From contig OZ257156.1 of the NCBI GenBank assembly GCA_965279375.1, positions 1,312,001 through 1,376,000 of the forward strand: a stretch of 64,000 nt of DNA. The letters are read 5' to 3'. The position numbers were made by a program, and so were the translations under genes. The notes beneath the pieces are model-generated. The model saw only the letters and a program-made list of their open reading frames with translations, made no database searches and had not been told where the DNA came from. The stretch comes from Gemmatimonas sp. Its GTDB lineage: Bacteria; Gemmatimonadota; Gemmatimonadetes; Gemmatimonadales; Gemmatimonadaceae. Shown piece after piece: positions 29,720-39,430 of this stretch (positions within the stretch are counted from its first letter, which is position 1; each line of letters opens with the position of its first letter).

Positions 29720-29868
29720 AGCCTCGCACGTTTCTGGTCGGATGGATGATCGCTTGATCGCACATCCGCGTTCTCTTTGCAGGGCCGCGTTGGCTAGCCC
29801 GCGTCGGCTGGCGTACCATTGCTCAGTGCCGCGGACATCGCGGCTCGGTCCTTCTCTTCGGGGTGCTG

Positions 29869-30603
29869 ATGTTCGACTCCATTGGTGGCTCCACAAATCG
29901 CCGTGACTTCCTCCGACAGGGCGGCGTCGCCGGTGCCCTGGCGATGTTTCCGGCGGGACAGGCGAGTGCCGCGGAATCGCTAACGTCCGATCCCGGCATG
30001 ACGTCGCGGGCGCTGCGGCCCGACGCGCCCGACGAGCACGGCCCCGCGGCTGGGACGCTCTCCGCCGCGGACCGCACGTGGGACCTGTCGTGGGTCAAGT
30101 CCGTGGGCCGGGCGAAGGACAAGGCCCTCATCGACGCGCCCGGCGTCGACGGCTGGGCGCTCGACATTGCCCAGCGCTACCTCGACGGGTGCGATGCGGT
30201 GTACGGCCGTGAGAAGCACGACGCGCGGGTCGTGCTCAACATTCGCACGCGGGCGATTCCGATTGCGATGTCGGATGCGCTCTGGGCGCGGTTCGCGCTG
30301 GGCGCCGAGTACGAGGTCAAGGATTCGCGCACAAACGAGAACGCCACGCGTAACCCGTTCCTCGCGCGGACGGATGCCGGGTCGTTGCCGTACCTGCTGG
30401 GGCGCGGTGCCATCGTGCTCGTGTGCGACTTCGCAATGGGCCATCTGGCGACCCGACTCGCCACCAAACGCGGCGTCACCGCCGACGCGGTGCACGAGGA
30501 GCTGCTGGCCGGACTCATCCCCGGGGCGATCCCCATGCCGTCTGGCATGTTCGGGCTGGCGAAGGCGCAGAACGCGGGGTGCGCCTTCATCAGCACGACG
30601 TAG
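29869..30603 (+). CDS. Tat-exported protein, possibly DsrE-like fold
   Basis: NRRDFL twin-arginine signal; RGAIVLVCDFA...PSG...AQNAGC. Confidence 0.7.
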   Translation: MFDSIGGSTNRRDFLRQGGVAGALAMFPAGQASAAESLTSDPGMTSRALRPDAPDEHGPAAGTLSAADRTWDLSWVKSVGRAKDKALIDAPGVDGWALDIAQRYLDGCDAVYGREKHDARVVLNIRTRAIPIAMSDALWARFALGAEYEVKDSRTNENATRNPFLARTDAGSLPYLLGRGAIVLVCDFAMGHLATRLATKRGVTADAVHEELLAGLIPGAIPMPSGMFGLAKAQNAGCAFISTT

Positions 30604-30689
30604 GTCTCTAGACGCTGTGCATTCGGACGCGCTCGACTACGAGGCGACGCGGGACGCGCCCGTGCGTTGGGATCGTGCGCAGAACGGCT

Positions 30690-30800
30690 CGCTAACCGTG
30701 CGTTGCGCTTGACAGGGCCGCTAGGGATGGCGGCCTGTTCGCTGGCGCTCACTGGCCGCAATTTGTGGAAGGGCACTGCAAGCGAACGCAATCGTTAGAT
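30690..30800 (+). repeat. attC site, family A
   Basis: CGCTAAC...GTTAGAT. Confidence 0.9.
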
Positions 30801-30952
30801 GGCGGCTCAGAGCGTGGTGTGATCGCGAGCACGTCGAGCGAGATTGGTGTTGGAGTCGTCGCGAGATTTCGCACGGGTCGTGCTCGACAAATCGCGCTAG
30901 AGTGTTTCGCGAACGCGTTCCCAACATCGTGCGGTCCATTGGGAGGTGTGCA

Positions 30953-31249
30953 ATGTCTGAGATGCCGGGTTCGCCGCATTGGGCGGCGTCGTCGGAAGGT
31001 CGGGTCCTCCGCGTCGTCGGGGCCCTGATCGCGGGGATTGATCTGGTGATCGTGTGGTCAGAGCTGCGCGCGGGACAGGCGGTGCCCTGGACCGCGTGGG
31101 CGCGTCCGCTCTGGATGGTGGCGCTCGTCGTGGGCGCGGATCCACGGTTCGCGCGGCGGTGGCCGACGCGACAGCCCGTCACGTGGATGGGGCTCGCCAT
31201 CTTCGGGATGCTGTACCTCGTGGCACGCGTAGCGACGCGCGGCTCGTAG
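30953..31249 (+). CDS. Small 3-TM membrane protein (paralog 2)
   Basis: EGRVLR.VGALIAGIDLV shared with 23946-24239; GGAGG RBS. Confidence 0.72.
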   Translation: MSEMPGSPHWAASSEGRVLRVVGALIAGIDLVIVWSELRAGQAVPWTAWARPLWMVALVVGADPRFARRWPTRQPVTWMGLAIFGMLYLVARVATRGS

Positions 31250-31393
31250 TCCGTCGGGACGCACCGTCGGCCTTCCGCGAATACTCGCCCGTACCGCGAT
31301 GGGATCCGTGTGACGGTATCCAGTTCGCGTTCCCGCGGCCTCGCGTCGCACAACCGGCCCGTGTGGCCGCGAGACCGCGCGCCGCATGCCGCC

Positions 31394-31512
31394 ATCTAAC
31401 CTCGCGTTGGTGCAGTCGGCCGCTCAGCGGTGCGCCGTGTAACTGCGGCGCTGGCGCGCCTCCGTTCACGGCTTCCTATTTGAGCGGCCGCAGCACAACG
31501 CAATCGTTAGGC
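31394..31512 (+). repeat. attC site, family B
   Basis: ATCTAAC...GTTAGGC. Confidence 0.92.
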
Positions 31513-31541
31513 CGAACTCAGACATTGCCAAGGAGGACAAT

Positions 31542-33014
31542 CTGATTGAGATCAAGCTGTCGGGCGCATCGTGGCGCTATGACCCGGAGGCACCCTTAGG
31601 AAAGGCTGGTGGATTTGGCGCAGTCTTTAGAGGACTATCAGAGTCCGGCGAAACGGTCGCCGTCAAGCGCCTGCACCTTAGCGCAAACGAGGCTGCGCAT
31701 CGCGAATTGAGCATCGCGCGCGACCTCGCCAATCGAGCTCTTGAGAACGTCGTGCCAGTCCTAGACTCAGGCCAAGATGCAGAGTCGGATGCATACTTCA
31801 TTGTTATGCCACTCGCCGAGTGCAACCTCGCCGAGTTTGTCGCGATTCACGGCAAACTCGAGGAATCCGAGGCGATCAGCATTCTGCTTCAGATCGTTAG
31901 AGGTCTGGAGTCCGTGTCGCATATCGTGCATAGGGATCTCAAGCCTGCAAACGTTCTACTTCGCGAGGGTCGCTGGAACGTAGCCGACTTCGGCATCGCG
32001 CGATTCGTCGAAGACAGCACCTCTGCGAGAACTCTGAAGGATTGCCTAAGCCCGCAGTTTGCTGCTCCCGAGCAATGGCGATACGAGCGCTCTACCGGCG
32101 CAACAGATGTGTACGCTCTGGGCGGTGTGCTACACGTGATGCTTACCGGACGGCCGCCTTTCGACGGATCAGCAGTTGCTCTTCAAGAAATGCACTTGAG
32201 CGCTGTTCCGCCCGAGATTCCGAGTGAAAGTGGGCAGCTAAAGGCGCTTGTGTCCATGATGCTGCGAAAGACGCCCGCGGCGCGCCCGAGTCTAAGTCGA
32301 GTGCAAACACTCTTGACGCAGGCTCTTGGATCTTTCAAAGCGGTCTCTGATCCGGCGTTTGGTCGGCTGGCGAGCGCCGGCGCCGAGTACGAACGAAGGC
32401 AGCTTGAAGCCGAGTCGGAACGAAATCGACTCGAAACCCTGTGGACACAGCGCAGTGACCTCGCTGTAGAAGCGCGGGGAATATTGAACAACTGCTTCGA
32501 GGAACTATCGCGGCGAATCTCTGTCGCGGTTCCGAACGCACGCCTCCAGAGAATCGGGACGTCGTGGATTGTACAGGTAGCACATGCGACGCTTGAAATG
32601 AACGCAGAGGCCGATCCACTCATCGCTGAAGGCAGATTCGCACGCTCGAACTGGGATGTGATCTGCGGAGGCGCGATTGAGGTACGGCAGGTTCAGCCGG
32701 TGCATAAGCGCGGTGCGTCGCTCTGGTACACTAGGCAGAAAAGCCGGAGCGCGGACTTTCGCTGGTATGAAGTCGGGTATACGGCGAACTATCTCTCCGG
32801 AAAGGCATTTGAGTTTGAGCCAGTCGCATTGGATGCCGAGAATGCCGATCGGGCCCACGGGCAAGCGATGGACGTCGTGCAAACGGCATACCATCCGACT
32901 CCGGTAGATGACGAAGATTCAGAGATGTTCTTTCGTCGTTGGGCGCATATTCTTGCATTGGCCGCCGAAGGCAAGCTGAAGACACTTCCATCGAGCCTTC
33001 CCACTGCACCATAG
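31542..33014 (+). CDS. Ser/Thr protein kinase with unknown C-terminal domain (probable CTG start)
   Basis: LGKAGGFGAVF and VAVK lie upstream of the tracked 31707 start; HRDLKPAN, DFG, APE; AGGAGG before CTG 31542. Confidence 0.88.
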   Translation: MIEIKLSGASWRYDPEAPLGKAGGFGAVFRGLSESGETVAVKRLHLSANEAAHRELSIARDLANRALENVVPVLDSGQDAESDAYFIVMPLAECNLAEFVAIHGKLEESEAISILLQIVRGLESVSHIVHRDLKPANVLLREGRWNVADFGIARFVEDSTSARTLKDCLSPQFAAPEQWRYERSTGATDVYALGGVLHVMLTGRPPFDGSAVALQEMHLSAVPPEIPSESGQLKALVSMMLRKTPAARPSLSRVQTLLTQALGSFKAVSDPAFGRLASAGAEYERRQLEAESERNRLETLWTQRSDLAVEARGILNNCFEELSRRISVAVPNARLQRIGTSWIVQVAHATLEMNAEADPLIAEGRFARSNWDVICGGAIEVRQVQPVHKRGASLWYTRQKSRSADFRWYEVGYTANYLSGKAFEFEPVALDAENADRAHGQAMDVVQTAYHPTPVDDEDSEMFFRRWAHILALAAEGKLKTLPSSLPTAP

Positions 33015-33033
33015 CGAGATCAGCGCGGGTTCG

Positions 33034-33152
33034 GCCTAACCTTGCGTTGGTGCAGACAGCCGCTCAGCGGTACGCCGTGTAACTGCGGCGCTGGCGCGCC
33101 TCCGTTCACGGCTTCCTATTTGAGCGGCTGCAGCACAACGCCATCGTTATAC
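33034..33152 (+). repeat. attC site, family B
   Basis: GCCTAAC...GTTATAC. Confidence 0.92.
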
Positions 33153-33214
33153 CGCAACAGGTACGCCGCGTGAATGCATGGGGCGGACACGCCTAACCCT
33201 TTCCTGAGCGAACC

Positions 33215-34048
33215 ATGCGAACACTGTCCCGCCGCACCCTGGCATCAGGGCGACACCCCGCACTGGGCGTCGTGCTCGCCCTCAGCGGCGCTGCGCTCGC
33301 GGCCTGCCGAACGGTTTCGAGTGCGCGTCCCATGCGTGCGCACCAGGCGGATTCTGTGGCCGCGCATCGTGCGGCGATCGGCTTCCTCGCCGCGTTCGAT
33401 TCGCTCCAGTGGGACCCCTTCCTGTCGTACGTCGCCGACGACGTCACGATGTTCTTTCCCTTCGTCGATTCCCCGTCGCGGGCCGATGGGCGAACCGCCT
33501 TCGCCGCGAGATTCCGCCCATTCTTCGATGACGGTCGCGCTGCGAGGGTCCGCGCCGGATCGCCCAACCCGCCGTTCCTGCACCTCGATCCACGGGATCT
33601 CAAGGTGCAGATGGCCGGCGAGGTGGCGGTCGTGACGTTTCACCTTGGCGCGCAATCGCCGGCGCGGCGCTCCCTGATCTTCCAGCATACGGGCGGGCAG
33701 TGGAAGCTCATCCATTGGCACGCCTCACCCGCGCCAGCCGCTCCACCACGGCCGGACACCGATCGCAGCGCCGCGCTCACCGCGCAGGACATTGCGCGGT
33801 ACGAGGCCACCTACGCCTATGTCGCTGGTGGGAATCCACGCGAGATGCGGGTGTTCGGCGACAACGGCCAGTTGAAGGCGCAGATCGCCGGTGGGCGTGT
33901 CGTCGCCCTGCGTCTCGCGGGCGAACACGCCTTCGTGCTGGACGTGGACGCCAACATTCGCGTGGTCTTCACGGTCGAGAACGGCCGCGCCACCGGGGTC
34001 ACAGTGTACCAGCGGGGCGAAACACTCGTCGGCAAACGAAAGCCGTAG
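33215..34048 (+). CDS. Lipoprotein with NTF2/SnoaL-like domain and DUF3471-like C-terminal domain
   Basis: LAAC lipobox; ADDVTMFFP...WKLIHWHAS. Confidence 0.75.
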   Translation: MRTLSRRTLASGRHPALGVVLALSGAALAACRTVSSARPMRAHQADSVAAHRAAIGFLAAFDSLQWDPFLSYVADDVTMFFPFVDSPSRADGRTAFAARFRPFFDDGRAARVRAGSPNPPFLHLDPRDLKVQMAGEVAVVTFHLGAQSPARRSLIFQHTGGQWKLIHWHASPAPAAPPRPDTDRSAALTAQDIARYEATYAYVAGGNPREMRVFGDNGQLKAQIAGGRVVALRLAGEHAFVLDVDANIRVVFTVENGRATGVTVYQRGETLVGKRKP

Positions 34049-34281
34049 CGCGCTACTTCGTACGCATTGACAACGCCGCGTGCGGTTGGGCTATCCGCGG
34101 ACGGAGCCTGCGGCGTTCACGAGCATCGCTGGCCTCTTACGGAAGCACGCCCCGGTAGGTGGTCAACCGACGGTCGATGAGCGAGGGCGAGAGTGGATCG
34201 CCACCTTCGAAGGAAGGATCTCTGACGCGGCATCATGTAGTTGTCCGCGGGCGTTGGCGAGACAGAGGCGCGGGGGTTGCG

Positions 34282-34394
34282 GTATAACCTTGCGTTGCGC
34301 TTGACAGGGCCTTCAAGGACTGCGGCCTATTGCTCGCTGCGCTCGCTGGCCGCATCCTTTTGAAGGGCCCTGCAAGCGAACGCGCTCGTTAGAT
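34282..34394 (+). repeat. attC site, family A
   Basis: GTATAAC...GTTAGAT. Confidence 0.92.
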
Positions 34395-34485
34395 CGCTTG
34401 CGTGAACGAAAGTTGTTCGCGCCGCTTGCTGCTGCGCGTGCTGGCTTCCCGTGGGCCCGAAGACTCGCCAAGGCCAAAGCGAATT

Positions 34486-36411
34486 CTACCAGGGCGGTAC
34501 CGAGATATCGCGAAGAGTGCGAAGAAGTGTCCAAGCACGGAATCGAGTACCGTCGCCTTCCGCGTGACGTCCACTGGCGACGCCTGAACTTGTGGCGCCG
34601 TCCAAAGCGAGCTCGGTCAGAACACGCCACATTCTCTGTCGGAGGGTCTTCTCCGCCACGTCCTCGAGACGAAAATAGCGAGGAAATGCTGCGAGGCTGT
34701 CGAACAGCACTCGGCGAGTCGAACTCCGGAACTCATAGGAAGTGTTCATGTACTCACCGAGTGCTGTGACCCGCCCGCCCGTCCGAAGCGGCGTAACAAT
34801 ACTCAGTAGAGTCTCAGCGCAGTTCTGCGCTGTCTCGCGGGCCGTGCTTCGATGCAGACTCTCGTGAAGTACGGCAAAGACTTCGATCTCGGTCGACACA
34901 CCCTGCAGATTGGCCAGCAGTGGGGCCGCGGCTTCAATCGCCTCGCGAAGCGTCGCGCCATCATGAACACGCTTCGTAGGATCCTGCGCGATACGCCAGA
35001 TCGTGGCGAGAAGTCCAGTGGTTGCGTTAGCGATGGCGCGGTCGACGGCGTCCGAATCCGTTTCAAACTCAAGCCGGTGATACTCCGAAAGCACATCACA
35101 GTACCAGCGGCAGGAGCGGGGAAGCGCCGCTCCGTACATATCAAGATGGATTCCCTGTTCGATAACTTGTCGGAATCCGTGCGACTCGTTCGCGACCGCT
35201 AGCCCGAGTTGAAATCTTGGCGTCAGCACATCGTCGTAGTCCATGCCGACAAGGTCCGCTTCAAGCCAGAATGCACTAGTGCTTCCGGAAGCACGCAGCT
35301 TGGTCAGTCTAGATTGAAGTGCCAAGCAGACCTGCCATCCCGCACAGACGAACTGAGAAGGATCGGACTCGAGTAGTGCGAGACATTCGTCACACTGATG
35401 TTCGAGTTTTTCGATCTGCTCACGCTCGCTAGTAGAAACTTTCGCGAACTCGCGTGAAGCGACAACGACGAACTGGGGGGAACGTTCATCATGATTGGTT
35501 TGTACAGCCGAGACACGTCGATACCCGCAATCCGCGAGCAAGGAGTGACCAACCTCGTCTTGGAGTGCAATCGCTCTCAACGGCGCCGAACTTCGCGTTT
35601 CGAAGCCGGCGAACACCTGATGCCAATCGAGCCGATCCTCCTTGGCTACGGTGTTCCTTAGGGACACACTGACGACACCCACCGGCGCGACGAGCCCAGG
35701 CACCGCCAATAAATCGAAGCCGCGGCGCGCACGAACACCAGTCATGTAGATGCCGAAGACCAGATAGGTCTCACCATTGCGAAGATGATCTAGCGCATCG
35801 GCAGTACTTCCGTAGTACGTAGCTTCCAGACGCTCCGCCTTCGGGTAGACGCTACGAATGACGTCGTGAACAAAGCGCTTCCAAAGCTGCGCGTGTCCCG
35901 CTCTAGCCGAACGCTCGACAAACGGTGCCCATGGCATTGCGCCGACTCTCAGAGAGCCGTTCGCTTCGGCTTCGTCTCGCGCTCTGTCCGCACTGACCGG
36001 GCCGTCATTTACCTCTAAGTTCGCAAGCTGCTGAATATCGGCATCATCGGGCCATTTCAGTTGCACCGTGAAGCCTTTTCGAGCGTGCTGCTCTTGAGCG
36101 AGAGCCTTGAATCGATCGCGATATGCGACAGAAAGTTGAGTTACAAGCTGAAGACGGTTCAGCCCTTGCTCGGTGATTGCGCGCCTCTTGGTCACCACTG
36201 CTATGGCCTTGATAACAGAGCCCATCAGTAAAGAGGCCGTTTGTGCGGACGAACCAATGTCCACGCCTTCGCTGTTGACAAGTCGCTCGTACGCACGTCG
36301 CGCGATCCCAAGCGACTCACGATCAGCGCTCGAGAGTTTCAATTGTCGCACGAACTGCCCGATAAGATGCTCCCGATCAATCGCCCGCTTCGATTCGGCA
36401 AATTCTGCCAC
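34486..36411 (-). CDS. Large hypothetical protein with central solute-binding-protein-like segment
   Basis: Open frame of about 640 aa; AGAGGA before GTG 36411; LRVGAMPWAPFV...ADALDHLRNGE...GIYMT..RA resembles the PBP type 2 fold. Confidence 0.6.
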   Translation of the reverse strand: MAEFAESKRAIDREHLIGQFVRQLKLSSADRESLGIARRAYERLVNSEGVDIGSSAQTASLLMGSVIKAIAVVTKRRAITEQGLNRLQLVTQLSVAYRDRFKALAQEQHARKGFTVQLKWPDDADIQQLANLEVNDGPVSADRARDEAEANGSLRVGAMPWAPFVERSARAGHAQLWKRFVHDVIRSVYPKAERLEATYYGSTADALDHLRNGETYLVFGIYMTGVRARRGFDLLAVPGLVAPVGVVSVSLRNTVAKEDRLDWHQVFAGFETRSSAPLRAIALQDEVGHSLLADCGYRRVSAVQTNHDERSPQFVVVASREFAKVSTSEREQIEKLEHQCDECLALLESDPSQFVCAGWQVCLALQSRLTKLRASGSTSAFWLEADLVGMDYDDVLTPRFQLGLAVANESHGFRQVIEQGIHLDMYGAALPRSCRWYCDVLSEYHRLEFETDSDAVDRAIANATTGLLATIWRIAQDPTKRVHDGATLREAIEAAAPLLANLQGVSTEIEVFAVLHESLHRSTARETAQNCAETLLSIVTPLRTGGRVTALGEYMNTSYEFRSSTRRVLFDSLAAFPRYFRLEDVAEKTLRQRMWRVLTELALDGATSSGVASGRHAEGDGTRFRAWTLLRTLRDISVPPW

Positions 36412-36506
36412 GTCATGTCCTCTTCTGATGTTCAAACTCGGGCATCTTACCAGATGCGGGCCGGAACACCGTTTCCGACCAGCCACCGCCTATGACAGGG
36501 TAGTGC

Positions 36507-36908
36507 TCACGACAACGTGGCGATCAGCCGCTCGATCTCGCGCAGTCGCTCGAGCGGTGGTTTGCCGACGGAAAGGAGCTTCACATAAAAGTCGATCTGC
36601 AGGATGAGCCAGCGCAGATACCGCAGCTCGTTCCGATCCGCATCGGTCGCGGTGCGAGCAGAGATCTTGTCCAACAGAAAATCCAGTGCCAGCCAAACAT
36701 TGACCCGGGCATCACGGAGCTTGCGGCTAAGTCTATGCGCATCGCCGTGAGGACGTCCCGCGTCCGACCAACCGGCGCGACGCGGAATGTGAACCCGCTC
36801 TTCGTCATCGCGCGGATCCAGTCGAGTTGCCGGCGCCAGCGCCTTTGCGATGATAGCCACGATCAGAGACAACGACAGGATTCCGAGTAGGTCGACGAGC
36901 CAGTGCAT
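36507..36908 (-). CDS. Small membrane-anchored hypothetical protein
   Basis: GGAGG before ATG 36908; LLGILSLSLIVAIIA TM segment. Confidence 0.55.
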   Translation of the reverse strand: MHWLVDLLGILSLSLIVAIIAKALAPATRLDPRDDEERVHIPRRAGWSDAGRPHGDAHRLSRKLRDARVNVWLALDFLLDKISARTATDADRNELRYLRWLILQIDFYVKLLSVGKPPLERLREIERLIATLS

Positions 36909-37118
36909 CCTGCACCTCCGCCAAGGGGATGAGCTTCTGGCGAAGAATTTTGGGTCCGCTCGGGTAAATGTCAACCGGGAATTCTTAGAATACCGGCTTT
37001 TACCCGCTACTGTCGTGTTGATTAGTTCACTTCAGTGTCAGGGGCCTACCAAGCCGACCTCCGGCGTGCAACTAATGCCGATCTGCACGGAAGCAGCGCC
37101 GCCGTCACGGCTGGCGCG

Positions 37119-37231
37119 ATCTAACCTTGCGTTGCTGCTGTCAGGGCCTTGAAGGAATGCGGCCTGTTGCTCGCTGCGCTCGCTGGCCGCATCCTATTGG
37201 AGGGCCCTGCAGCAGAACGCGAGCGTTAGGC
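37119..37231 (+). repeat. attC site, family A
   Basis: ATCTAAC...GTTAGGC. Confidence 0.92.
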
Positions 37232-37305
37232 GGCGGACACGATACAGGGCAGGGTGCGCGCGGGCGTAGGTCGACGCGAGCGACCGGGCTCCGATTCTTC
37301 GATCA

Positions 37306-38550
37306 GTGAGGGCAATGCGGATGCGAGCACTGGTAGCACGGGCAGTCGCGAGCGCAATCGTTGGCATGGGCGCGGCGCTGCCGCTGGCGGCCCAGTCGAC
37401 CCGCGATAGTGCGGGGGTGCGCATCGTAGAGAACGCCCGATCGGCGTGGACGTCCCGGGACCGCCTCCGGCTGGAGGCCGCGCCGCAGCTCGTCATCGGC
37501 GACACGGTGAATGCGCCGTATCGCTTTCGACAGGTGCGCGGCGTCTTTCGTCTCCGGGACGGGCGCATCGCCGTCGCCGACGGCGGGTCGTTGCAGTTGC
37601 GCTTCTTCACCGCCGATGGACGCTTCCTCTCCGCCAGTGCCGGTCGCGGCGACGCGCCCGGCCAACTCCTCAACATGGGGATCGTTCGGCGTCTCCGGGG
37701 CGATACGATCGCGATCAGCTCGAGCTTCGCGACGCTCTCGCGTTACACCAGCGAGGGCACGTTTGCCGGGGCCAGCAGTCCCCCCATCGCGGAGAACGCC
37801 CCGCCGTCGAGTCGCCAACTCCTGTTAGAGGTGCTCGCGACCGGACGTCGCGTGGTCACCCCACTACCTCGACAGGCACCTCGCGCACTCGGCACCCGAT
37901 GGGTGGATTCGATCACGCTGCATCTGTTGAACGACGCGGGGGCGATCCACCGCACCGTCGGCGCGGTCCCATTCCTCGAAATGGAGCAGGTCCGCAGTGG
38001 TCCCATGCCCCCGTGGCTCTCCGCGATTGGTGTCGTGGCGGGCGGAGACGACCACCTCTACGCCGGGTTCGGGGATCGCTATGCGATCCACGTGTACACG
38101 GACGACGGCACGCTGCGCTCGATCATCCGACGCGCGTGGACGCCTACCCCGGTGACGCCCGAGGAGTGGGAGCAGTGGGTTGTCGAGTGGTCAAAGCTGT
38201 GGGTGAAGGAGCAGGGCGTCGCGCGGGATAGCGCCGTCGACGCGGTGCGCCGCGCTCCGTATGCCGAGGTCCTCCCGGCGTTCACCGCGTTCCTGGTGGA
38301 TCGGGTCGGCCGCCTGTGGGTGCGTGGAGCGCATTGGCAGGACGCGATCGGCGCCGGCTCGCTCACGGACCTGCCGGCGGTGCCGAGTCAGTGGTCGGTG
38401 TTTGATCCGGCCGGCCGCTGGCTGGGCGACGTGGAGATGCCGGCGGACTTTCAGCCGTATGAGATTGGCGCCGACTACGTGGTGGGGAAAGCGCGTCGCG
38501 CCGGCGTGAATCAGGTCGTGCTGTACGGTCTGCGTCGAGGCGCGCCGTGA
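37306..38550 (+). CDS. Secreted 6-bladed beta-propeller-like protein
   Basis: Signal peptide; RDSAGVRIVEN; DGRIAVAD; VDRVGRLWV; WSVFDPAGRWLG; start may be 37315 or 37321. Confidence 0.8.
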   Translation: MRAMRMRALVARAVASAIVGMGAALPLAAQSTRDSAGVRIVENARSAWTSRDRLRLEAAPQLVIGDTVNAPYRFRQVRGVFRLRDGRIAVADGGSLQLRFFTADGRFLSASAGRGDAPGQLLNMGIVRRLRGDTIAISSSFATLSRYTSEGTFAGASSPPIAENAPPSSRQLLLEVLATGRRVVTPLPRQAPRALGTRWVDSITLHLLNDAGAIHRTVGAVPFLEMEQVRSGPMPPWLSAIGVVAGGDDHLYAGFGDRYAIHVYTDDGTLRSIIRRAWTPTPVTPEEWEQWVVEWSKLWVKEQGVARDSAVDAVRRAPYAEVLPAFTAFLVDRVGRLWVRGAHWQDAIGAGSLTDLPAVPSQWSVFDPAGRWLGDVEMPADFQPYEIGADYVVGKARRAGVNQVVLYGLRRGAP

Positions 38551-38602
38551 ACGCCCGGTGGCGCCGTCGTCGTGGGGGCGTGCGGCAACACGCGGCACCG
38601 CC

Positions 38603-38713
38603 GCCTAACCCTGCGTTGCGCTTGACAGGGCCGCGGAGGATGGCGGCCTGTTCGCTGGCGCTCACTGGCCGCAGTTTATGGAAGGGCCCTGCAAGCGAAC
38701 GCGATCGTTAGGC
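38603..38713 (+). repeat. attC site, family A
   Basis: GCCTAAC...GTTAGGC. Confidence 0.92.
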
Positions 38714-38734
38714 ACCCAACTAGGATTGGCTCAT

Positions 38735-39418
38735 ATGACAGTTGACGAACTGGTAGGAAAGCTCTCGACAGCGGAGCGCGAAGCGTTCGCAGACCGATTC
38801 CTTCGTGCCTTTCTAGGCGCCGGCTTCGGAGCAATGAGCAAGCGGGAGACCGAGCTACTAGTCTTCCACTGCCTTGAGCGTACTCAGTACTTCGGCGGCC
38901 TGTCATTCTACGACCGTGCGAATGTATTGCGGGTTCTTGAGAGCAAAGTAAAATCGCTAAGAGGCGACGCGACTCAGCGGTACGCCCAGTTGAGCCACAA
39001 GGAGGCCATCCGCGACCTCGCAACCGGTATTGTGCGAGAAGGGAAGATTGGTGCGAGCTTTGAGGGCGATCAAATCGTTCTCGTTATTGAAGATCCATCG
39101 CTGCGGCGCGAGCTTGAACATGCACTCCGCACCCAAGGTGGTCGAGTAGACTATACGCTTAATCGCGACGTGGTCGCGGTAAAGATTCCGGCGTTCCTTG
39201 AATTGCTGAAGCGCACACTTGCGTTCGGTGATGAACAACTGGCTGTCTTGCTAGCGGCCGACGTGAAGGACGCCAAGGCCGCGAAGAAGCTCCTAGATTC
39301 AAAACTTCCGCTAAGCGATCGGGTGAGCACGTACCTCGCTGAGAAGAAGGGGGTCGTCTCCGCGATAGGGAGTCTTTTCGGCGGTCTTGCCAAGTTGTTC
39401 GCTACAGGTACTCCTTGA
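38735..39418 (+). CDS. Hypothetical protein, possible N-terminal HTH
   Basis: ATG 21 nt after the core site; GFGAMSKRETELLVF...RANVLRVLESKVKSL. Confidence 0.7.
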   Translation: MTVDELVGKLSTAEREAFADRFLRAFLGAGFGAMSKRETELLVFHCLERTQYFGGLSFYDRANVLRVLESKVKSLRGDATQRYAQLSHKEAIRDLATGIVREGKIGASFEGDQIVLVIEDPSLRRELEHALRTQGGRVDYTLNRDVVAVKIPAFLELLKRTLAFGDEQLAVLLAADVKDAKAAKKLLDSKLPLSDRVSTYLAEKKGVVSAIGSLFGGLAKLFATGTP

Positions 39419-39430
39419 AACCAGACTCAA

